This document shows, in pieces, positions 57,111 to 64,000 of a DNA stretch of 64,000 nucleotides. Origin of the DNA: an uncultured Chloroflexia bacterium (lineage in GTDB: Bacteria > Chloroflexota > UBA6077 > JACCZL01); the NCBI GenBank assembly GCA_963765765.1, contig CAVXYC010000001.1:256001-320000 (forward strand). The letters are read 5' to 3'. Both the position numbers and the translations under genes were made by a program. Position 1 is the first letter of the stretch, and each line of letters starts with the position of its first letter. Under the pieces are notes generated by a model. That model searched no databases. It had not been told where the DNA came from and was given only the letters and a program-made list of their open reading frames with translations.

Positions 57111-57205
57111 TCCTACGTTGCGGTGTGCTCCGTCTGCAGGCCGCGATCAAATGTATCCAATGCTCTTCGACCTGCAGCGACAGTCTGCGAGTCGGAGCAC
57201 CACTG
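57111..57205 (-). ncRNA. Candidate structured 5' leader RNA
   Basis: P1 GTGCTCCG/CGGAGCAC, P2 CTGCAGGTCG/CGGCCTGCAG; extended -10 TG-G-TAACCT at 57219-57227. Confidence 0.55.
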
Positions 57206-57764
57206 GAATACAAATCGCAGGTTACCAAGCGAGCCGGCCGCGCGGAACATGCAGTTGTGCACTAATTCGGGCGCCCAAAGACACAAGAGACCGCCAGCAC
57301 GATGAAACCCGGCTCTCTCAGTGCTGGCGGTCTACCGTCCGAGCGCATTCTAACGGTGCACGTTCCAGAAATCGGTTAACGGCTTGACAGTCTAGATGGG
57401 GCCACATCACCGTAGCAGTGTGCCGTTGTATACATAGGGGGCTGCCGAGCCATTGCTATGCTGAGATGCCCGTGTGAGCCTCGCGGAGTCCGGGCATGCA
57501 TGGTTCCGATTCAGGTCCCATGCACTCTCCATGAGCGAACTCCGGGAGGCTCAACCAGAGAACACCGTCGCGGGGCTCGTCGGCACCACGTTGGCGGAGT
57601 GGATGTCGACTCCTACCTGAGCCGATTCCGCGAATGATCACGGCTCGGGACAGCTCTGTGCTCCTCGACGTGGTCACAAATCGCCTGCGCACGCCGAGGC
57701 ATCGGAGCGCTGCCTACGCCACTGTTCAGAAGTAGGGGGAGAGCCAGGCGATGTTCGATGTTCT

Positions 57765-57888
57765 TCGTAGCACGGGGGCTTGTCCTGTCCTGAGTTGCCC
57801 CGGCATCCGACGACGGATCCAGCCTGATTCTCCCCGTGGCCGGCGCCTATGGCGCTCCAGGCACAAGGGACAAGCCCCCGTGCTACGA
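57765..57888. repeat. GTAG-type REP doublet
   Basis: TCGTAGCACGGGGGCTTGTCC (57765-57785) and exact reverse complement (57868-57888). Confidence 0.85.
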
Positions 57889-58078
57889 CAGTCGTCCGGC
57901 GGATCGTCCCCGCAACTCTGAACACGTCCATCTGGTCGAGAAGCTTCCAACAAACGTCCGACTTCCCTCTAACTGATCTCTGATGCGAGCGTCGGTATGC
58001 TCTGGTCGAGGCCGTTTCGGATCCTCCCAGCGATCCGAAAGGCTGTCGAATCCATTCTTTGCAGAGGAGGGATTGACC

Positions 58079-58294
58079 ATGCCCCAATCATGGTCACCGA
58101 CAGTCGGCGACGAAGTACGCGTGAAATCATTTGGAGAACGTGGGCCTATCGTGCGCATCGAAGGCTCCGGTGATTCGGCCGTGTACGCGGTGAACAGCCG
58201 CAGGTATCGCTTTGTTGACGCCGACGGTCAGATCAAGAACACCGCCCTGGAGCCGAGGGAGTGCTCCATCGCCGATCTCGAGCCAATCAGCTAG
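58079..58294 (+). CDS. Small hypothetical protein with KOW/SH3-like pattern (71 aa)
   Basis: GAGGAGG RBS; VGDEVRVK...GPIVRI...YAV. Confidence 0.6.
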   Translation: MPQSWSPTVGDEVRVKSFGERGPIVRIEGSGDSAVYAVNSRRYRFVDADGQIKNTALEPRECSIADLEPIS

Positions 58295-58394
58295 ATAAAG
58301 ACAGATAAGCCCCGTATTCCCGGGGCTTATCTGGTTCCACGGTGCCCCTGCTGCAGCGCAGGGACACGGTGTCGATCGCACCGCTAACCAAACT

Positions 58395-58620
58395 GCTCAT
58401 GTCACGAAGACGGACACGTGCTGCCGGTCCTGGACGGGCACAATCAACCACGGATATGGGTCTGGTATGAAGCACATCTTCGCGCATGTCACAGCCTGGT
58501 AAGAGAAGCACGGCCCGTCCCGCCCGGACATCGGCTGACAACGACGTGTCGCCCCCGCCACTGCATCAACCCTGATGACTGGGCCGCCGTGCGCAGAGGT
58601 GACTTCTTCCGATCAATGAA
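58395..58620 (+). pseudogene. Phage-type HNH endonuclease remnant
   Basis: VTKTDTC..WTGTINHGYG...AHVTAW*EKHGP then shifted VPPGHRLTTTCRPRHCINPD; catalytic His missing, internal stop. Confidence 0.7.
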
Positions 58621-58806
58621 GCGCCCTGTTCATCGGTGTTGGTGTGATCGTTCGAGTCCATACGCATCTCTCGGGAGCATGGGACTAGACAGAGCTCGGC
58701 GACACGGGCCCAACGCATGGGTCAAGGCCTGATCGATGCGGCGGCTCCGCGCGGTATGGTCTCTGCAGGACAGCGGCATTCCTCATACACGACGCGAGGT
58801 GGTGCC

Positions 58807-59077
58807 ATGGAATGGTTGGAGGTGGACAGAGTCGCGGACCAGCTGCATCGCTTGCTCCATCGGGGAGCGTTTCGGGGACTCCCCGGAGGTGGCCGTGGAT
58901 GCGGTTCATATGATGGATGCGGAGCTGGTGGTTCGGATCACGCTGGCGGATATGGCGCACATCCGCGACTGGGATGTCGCGCATCCGCTTACGCCAATGC
59001 CCGATTCTCGCCGACGGGACTTGGCCGAGGCCGGCTATCGACTCCTGGGACTGGTGGAAGCGGTTCGGTCGCTCTGA
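58807..59077 (+). CDS. LuxR-associated orphan small protein, copy 4 (frameshift near 58885)
   Basis: MEWLEVDRVADQLHRLLHRGAFRGLP + EVAVDAVHMMDAELVVRITLADMAHIRDWD; GAGGTGG RBS. Confidence 0.75.
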
Positions 59078-59221
59078 CTGGTCCGGCCATCTGGTATCCT
59101 TCTGCACGGGCATGTTTCGCCGGCCCGCTCGTCGGGCTTGGCTTCGGGGCAACACCAGCCTCGGCAACACTTCTTTCGTCCTTGCTGACGAGACCTGCCC
59201 AGTACGCGGCAGGTAAGTGCC

Positions 59222-60022
59222 ATGCTCGGCAATTTCGACTTTCTCTCCTATTCGGACGACCGGTTGCTGGACGCGCTCGAGCGTCTGGTCGTTCTCCCAG
59301 GGTTGGAGCTGCGTCCCACGCTTGACGAGGCGTCGACGGTGGTGGCCGAGGCGGTGGACGCCGACAAGGTTGACGTCTTTTTGTACAAGGCGAATAAAGA
59401 CAGCCTGGTGGCGCTGGGCACCAGCGACACACCCATGGGACGCAAACAGCTCGCGCTCGGGCTGGACCGCTTCCCGCGCGCCAACGCCGGACCACTCTGG
59501 CGGGTGTTCGAGACGGGCGAGACGTATCGCACCGGCCACGCCGAGCAGGACCCGACCCAGCCCCGTGGGCTGATCGAGGCGCTCGGGGTGTGCAGCCAGG
59601 TGCATGTGGCCGTGGATGTGCGGGGCGAGCGGCGCGGTGTCCTGGGGGTCGTGAGCCAGCGCGAGGAGCACTTCAGCGAACGCGATCAGCGCTTTCTCAC
59701 TGCCGTGGCCGGCTGGATCGGGCTGCTCATGCACCGAGCCGAGGTGGTGGAGCAGCGCGACCGGGAGATCGACCGGCAGGCGCGGCGGGAGGCCGGCGAC
59801 GAGCTGGCCCGAATCACCCGCCGACAGCAGGAAGTCGCTGCGCTGGTGGCGGAGGGTCTGAGTAACGAGGAGATCGGCGTACGGCTCACGCTGGAGGCCG
59901 GCACGGTGGCCAATCACATGGAAAACATCCTGAAGCGGCTCGAGCTGCGGAATCGGACCAGCCTGGCGGTCTGGGCGGTGGAGCGCGGACTGTATCGGTC
60001 CGATTGGGGCGAGAACGGATGA
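59222..60022 (+). CDS. GAF-LuxR transcriptional regulator
   Basis: GAF (ADKVDVFLY..GVLGV..HFSERD) plus ITRRQQEVAALVAEGLSNEEIG..GTVANHMENILKRL. Confidence 0.9.
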   Translation: MLGNFDFLSYSDDRLLDALERLVVLPGLELRPTLDEASTVVAEAVDADKVDVFLYKANKDSLVALGTSDTPMGRKQLALGLDRFPRANAGPLWRVFETGETYRTGHAEQDPTQPRGLIEALGVCSQVHVAVDVRGERRGVLGVVSQREEHFSERDQRFLTAVAGWIGLLMHRAEVVEQRDREIDRQARREAGDELARITRRQQEVAALVAEGLSNEEIGVRLTLEAGTVANHMENILKRLELRNRTSLAVWAVERGLYRSDWGENG

Positions 60023-60109
60023 GCGCGCCCGACGACGGAAGGGCAATTGGACGACTGGATCGTGAACGGCGCGATTGGCGCTTCGACCTCACGGCGGAAG
60101 GGGTAATAG

Positions 60110-60625
60110 TTACCGAGACCGATGACATCGCACCGGATTCCTGTCGCTCGGTCCTTGGTCAAACCGACTCCCACCGAGCCGCGCCCGGCAATCCGTTGCC
60201 CAGCCCGCTGCCTGTGCTGAAACCGTCCGAAGGCGCTCGGCGTCGAGCACGGCCTGATGTTCCGCCTCGAGTCGAAGCTGGGCATCGCGCTGACTCTGCG
60301 CGAGACGGAGCTCCAAGTGCTCCTGGAACTGCACACCGTAGGCGATCATGACTTCGAGCAGGAATTGCTGACCGCATCCCTCGAGGTGGGCACGCTCGCG
60401 GGCCGATTGGCCGGCGAGCGCCCGATCGAAGCTCTCGAAGTGGAGCGCGATGATGTCCTCGGGCCCGAGTCCTCCGCGGATCAGGTGCTGACTCAGCTGC
60501 GAGACCCGGTAGAGCGCATCCTCGCTGCGCGTGGCGATGTAGCCGCGCAGGAGGTCTTCGTACGCGTCGGGGCCGAACTCCGGCTCATCAGTAGCGAGCT
60601 GTGCGGCCTGGGAATCAAAAACCAT
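60110..60625 (-). CDS. RsbU N-terminal-domain protein, apparently truncated after a coiled coil
   Basis: YEDLLRGY...EDALY..SQL...GLGPEDIIALH...FLLEVMIAYG is the RsbU_N signature; no PP2C or kinase follows. Confidence 0.75.
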   Translation of the reverse strand: MVFDSQAAQLATDEPEFGPDAYEDLLRGYIATRSEDALYRVSQLSQHLIRGGLGPEDIIALHFESFDRALAGQSARERAHLEGCGQQFLLEVMIAYGVQFQEHLELRLAQSQRDAQLRLEAEHQAVLDAERLRTVSAQAAGWATDCRARLGGSRFDQGPSDRNPVRCHRSR

Positions 60626-60806
60626 GGGAGGCTTGTTCAGTCGGACGGATGGACGGCGACGGCGCCAGGCGCGTGTCCAAGGCGGGACCGACGGATGCGC
60701 CATTGTCGCGGGCTCAGCTTTCGGCCGGGCAGATTCCTCGTGCGGAGCAGGCGCCGCACGGTCAGTCCGCTACCGAACACGGCGCGTCCGTCCGCTTCGA
60801 GCACGG

Positions 60807-60998
60807 TCAGCGGTGCGATCCATGCTCGATCGCCCACGGAGCAATCTGTAAGCGGGAGGTCACTCCCAGCGCCCGGAACAGGCTCGCTATCTCGTTGGAC
60901 ACGGCTTCGGGCGTTAACCCGAGTCGCTCGACAATCTCGCGGTTCGAGAAGCCCTCCGCCACGAGTGCGGCAACGTCCTTCTGGAGGGGTGTAACCAT
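60807..60998 (-). CDS. Solo LuxR/GerE-type HTH protein (63 aa)
   Basis: MVTPLQKDVAALVAEGFSNREIVERLGLTPEAVSNEIASLFRALGVTSRLQIAPW. Confidence 0.85.
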   Translation of the reverse strand: MVTPLQKDVAALVAEGFSNREIVERLGLTPEAVSNEIASLFRALGVTSRLQIAPWAIEHGSHR

Positions 60999-61010
60999 TC
61001 ATCGACACTA

Positions 61011-61322
61011 TCAGACAGCAGGTTCAATGGATATCGGGTGAGATTGGGCCCTGGCACCGTCACACTCGTCCCGGTCCATTTGCAGGAGCTGCTGGGCATC
61101 CGTTTCGACAGCTCGCAGTCGTCTCTTCCCGGAGAGATGCGTCGGGCGCGTCGGGTACCACTCGCAGAGATCCTCGATGTCGGCGAGGACAAGCCGCGCC
61201 ACGAGCTCCGCTTCCATGACCTTCCCGCCGTCGAGCGTCACAGGCGACAGCCCGCGAAACGCTCCGCGCTGCAATCTGGCCTGCAGCTCCACAGCGAGCG
61301 CGTCCAATTCGGGGCAATCCAT
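61011..61322 (-). CDS. LuxR-associated orphan small protein, copy 5
   Basis: MDCPELDALAVELQARLQRGAFRGLSPVTLDGG..EAELVARLVLADIEDLCEW; GGAGG RBS. Confidence 0.8.
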   Translation of the reverse strand: MDCPELDALAVELQARLQRGAFRGLSPVTLDGGKVMEAELVARLVLADIEDLCEWYPTRPTHLSGKRRLRAVETDAQQLLQMDRDECDGARAQSHPISIEPAV

Positions 61323-61374
61323 CGCCACCTCCACATGGGTGCGTCGGGCCCACAATCATGCCGCCTGCTTTCGA

Positions 61375-61476
61375 TCCTACGTTGCGGTGTGCTCCGTGGT
61401 GGGTCGGCAGACCACGATTGAACGTATCCGATCGTCTTCGGCCCACCACGCCAGTCCGCGAGTCGGAGCACCACTG
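61375..61476 (-). ncRNA. Candidate structured 5' leader RNA
   Basis: P1 GTGCTCCG/CGGAGCAC, P2 CGTGGTGGGCCG/CGACCCACCACG; extended -10 TG-A-TATCTT at 61480-61488. Confidence 0.55.
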
Positions 61477-61553
61477 CCCAAGATATCAAGCGACCGGGGC
61501 GCGCGAACCCATAGATATGCACAAATTGGGGTACGGAAAGCGACTTACGCAGT

Positions 61554-61661
61554 GTGGAAGGATTTCGGACAATCAGGTTACGAGGGACCTGATACGGCGT
61601 TCGAGGACGGCCATTTCATATCAGGGCACCCGACCGGGCAGCGAAATTGGTCTTGGTCAAG
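61554..61661. repeat. ~110-bp non-coding direct repeat, copy 1 (copy 2 at 63027-63136)
   Basis: GTGGAAGG[A/C]TTTCGGACAAT..GGTTACGA ... AGCGA[A/C]ATTGGTCTTGG shared by both copies. Confidence 0.75.
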
Positions 61662-62155
61662 GCGGACCCGACTCCGTGCCTGGGCGGGGCGCTGGTGAGC
61701 AGGTAGAGCACTGCCGCGCCAAACGGCCGCCGCGTGCTCAGGATTAGCCGAAGGGAAAGCCGGAAAGGCGAAGTGAGGCACGCCCGCCCCGGCTTTCCCG
61801 AGCGCCGCTGGGGGGTGGGTCCACCTCCCACGGTACTTAGAGATTACCGAATGGGGACCGCCCCGGTGGGATTTATCGGGTCTCGGGTCCGTCACGACGC
61901 CCATACCGTGGACGCCTCGCAGACTTGGTTGCTCGAATCGCTTCTGGCGAACGGAAGCGGTCGCCTTGGACGCCGGTCCTGCCGCCGCCTGCGTCGGCAG
62001 TCAAGCGGCCCCGAGCACCACGGCGTGGATGCCGATGCCAGGGGCCGTCTAAGTTCGGCTGCGGAGCTCGGGGTTGACGTGGGCGGGCCGCCTGGTGACT
62101 GCCCGCTGCGTGATCGGAATCTCCGCCGCGGCACGTGGGAAATACGCGGGTAGGG

Positions 62156-62206
62156 GAAGGCCACACCGATCGCTCCTGAGGTTCAGGAGCGATCGGTGTG
62201 GCCTTC
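62156..62206. terminator. 24-bp perfect hairpin downstream of 62235..62741
   Basis: GAAGGCCACACCGATCGCTCCTGA-GGT-TCAGGAGCGATCGGTGTGGCCTTC. Confidence 0.65.
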
Positions 62207-62234
62207 GGTACGGTCGTGGCGAATGCTGGAGGAC

Positions 62235-62741
62235 TTACGGGTCGAGGATTCCTACCAGCGCGCAGAGCAGGTTGCCCAGCAGGCTGCCCGGGCCCGCTAT
62301 CGCGTAGATGTCGATCTCGATCGGCCCAATATCAACCACCAGCCCCAGGAGGTTGAGGACGAGCCCGTCGTCCGGTATGAAGAGGCTGAGGATGGGACAC
62401 GACCCCTCCGGTGCTACGGTGGCTTCAACGTTGTTGAACTTCTCCGAGACTTTCTTTTCTTGCCCGTTCTGCTTCGCGGTACCCTCGACCTCGCCGCTGA
62501 TGAGCAGCTTATTGCTGCCCTTCTTCGCCTTGACGTCGGTGATCTCGATCTGGCCGTCGAAGGTGCCGACCTTCTTGCCGGACTTGTCCTTGAGGTCCGC
62601 CCCCTTCACGTCCTTCTTGATCGTCTTCTCCGCGGCCGGAGCGGCAGCATCGGCGGTTTGCGGTGGGAGTAGGAGTCCGGGGACTATGAGCGCGCCCACG
62701 AGGGCTGCAGTCAGAGAAAACATAGTCAGACGCAGTTTCAC
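62235..62741 (-). CDS. Secreted uncharacterised protein with C-P-I-L...LNLLGL...GNLLC motif
   Basis: Signal peptide, Lys-rich beta region, two Cys in a hydrophobic C-terminal block; GAGGT RBS. Confidence 0.75.
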   Translation of the reverse strand: MKLRLTMFSLTAALVGALIVPGLLLPPQTADAAAPAAEKTIKKDVKGADLKDKSGKKVGTFDGQIEITDVKAKKGSNKLLISGEVEGTAKQNGQEKKVSEKFNNVEATVAPEGSCPILSLFIPDDGLVLNLLGLVVDIGPIEIDIYAIAGPGSLLGNLLCALVGILDP

Positions 62742-63026
62742 GTCACTACCTCACTTGGTCCATGAATCGAATGGTTATGAATCGAACGGAGATCCTGCTG
62801 AAGAGCAGACTCTACGAAGGCAAAGAATTCGATAGAGCCGCCGCACCGAGCGCAGGAAGCGCGAATGCGGTTGTAAGAGTGGCAACTAAGGCCAATGCTA
62901 TTAACCGTAAGCGAATTTACCGACCATCGTGAACTCTCCTCCTTGGGAATCGGATCTGGGACTCGATCTGTTCGTCCCATCAACATTCACGCTACGTGGC
63001 CCGATGCTGTCCAAACCTTAAGAAGA

Positions 63027-63136
63027 GTGGAAGGCTTTCGGACAATTTGGTTACGAAAGGCTTAAGAGCGGGTCCAAGGAGATGGTTAAATGGACCTCAG
63101 GCTCTCCCCGACTAGCGACATTGGTCTTGGAGCAAG
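63027..63136. repeat. ~110-bp non-coding direct repeat, copy 2
   Basis: See 61554-61661. Confidence 0.75.
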
Positions 63137-63317
63137 TCCAAGACGCAGCGTGGCATGAGGAATGCTTATTCGCTTCTTCACGAGCATGAGGTCATTCTTT
63201 AGCGGTCAAGGGCATCTCCAGGCTTCCCGAGCGTCAGTGTTGAATGCCGCTTCGGTGCAAAGCGTCGGCTACGGAGGCCGCAATCCGGCGACCTTGCTAC
63301 CGCGGGGAGGGCCAACG

Positions 63318-64000
63318 ATGACGGCCACGTCGGAGCTGCGTGCAACCATTCTCCTGGTGGAAGATGATCCGGCCCTCACGATGCTCTTAATCGATCGGCT
63401 CGGGGCCGAAGGGTACAGCGTTCACAAGGCCGCGAGTGCTGCACAAGCCGTAGAGCTCACTGCTCAGATTTCCCCCGACCTCATTCTCCTTGACCTCTCG
63501 CTCCCCGACCAACATGGGCTGGTCTTGTGTGCTGAGCTCAAGGAGAAACACGAGGCTCCGATCATCATTTGCAGTGGAACGAAACACGAGCATGAGGCGA
63601 TTCTCGCGTTGAAACTTGGAGCGGATGACTTCGTTGCCAAACCCTTCTCGGTCGATGAGCTGGCTGCCCGGATCGAAGTCGTCTTGCGTCGGACAAGGCC
63701 TCCCACCGGTCCGGAATTGGACGGTCTCGAGGACATTGAGCGCGTCGGCGAGCTCGTGATCGATCGGGCCGGATACGTGATCACTGTGTGCGACGAGCCG
63801 CTCAAGCTCACCCCGACGGAGTACCGGTTGCTGTGCACACTGGCTCACCGGCCCGACCAGGTGCTCTCCCGCCAGGAGCTGACCGAGGCACTCTGGGGTT
63901 ACTACGATGTAGGCGTGAGCCGGTCACTTGACGTGCACATCCGCCGCCTGCGTGCGAAGCTGAAGGCCTGCGCAGGGGACGCCCCGGACATTGTTACGGT
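63318..64000 (+). CDS. OmpR/PhoB family response regulator (runs off the window end)
   Basis: GGGAGG RBS; ILLVEDD, LILLDLSLPD, GADDFVAKPF, LTPTEYRLL, SLDVHIRRLR. Confidence 0.93.
   Translation, partial: MTATSELRATILLVEDDPALTMLLIDRLGAEGYSVHKAASAAQAVELTAQISPDLILLDLSLPDQHGLVLCAELKEKHEAPIIICSGTKHEHEAILALKLGADDFVAKPFSVDELAARIEVVLRRTRPPTGPELDGLEDIERVGELVIDRAGYVITVCDEPLKLTPTEYRLLCTLAHRPDQVLSRQELTEALWGYYDVGVSRSLDVHIRRLRAKLKACAGDAPDIVT

Noticed and set aside
58685-60046. Long antisense ORFs (this one, 42972..44015, 50541..51701, 49249..50127)
   Set aside because: Shadow frames of GC-rich genes on the opposite strand with no motifs
55382-61476. Repeated cassettes as a CRISPR array, integron or DGR
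   Set aside because: No short repeat-spacer periodicity, attC sites, integrase or reverse transcriptase, and no adenine-specific divergence

Overview
GC-rich bacterial DNA, most likely Chloroflexota (Ala/Pro/Lys-linker lipoprotein SBPs, DUF5719-like repeat protein, ABC_sub_bind arrays). Many single-base indels sit in G/C runs, which points to long-read assembly error. No rRNA, tRNA, CRISPR array, integrase or transposase was recognised. 0-14 kb: cell-surface modification genes (SGNH-like + MBOAT, two GT39-like enzymes, GH31, a secreted repeat protein). 14-28 kb: ABC components and a translationally coupled array of about 8 Tat-lipoprotein ABC_sub_bind paralogs with no permease. 28-47 kb: metabolic genes, a molybdate regulator with modA, and nested insertions bounded by duplicated gene 3' ends (SSADH; MetE-like around a vapBC pair). 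48-64 kb: a regulatory island. The best candidate for an undescribed system lies there. A ~90-100 aa protein I cannot assign to any family occurs in 5 copies, always next to a LuxR HTH gene (3 solo GerE-like, 2 GAF-LuxR). Three copies carry a conserved non-coding leader whose stem is kept by compensatory substitutions.
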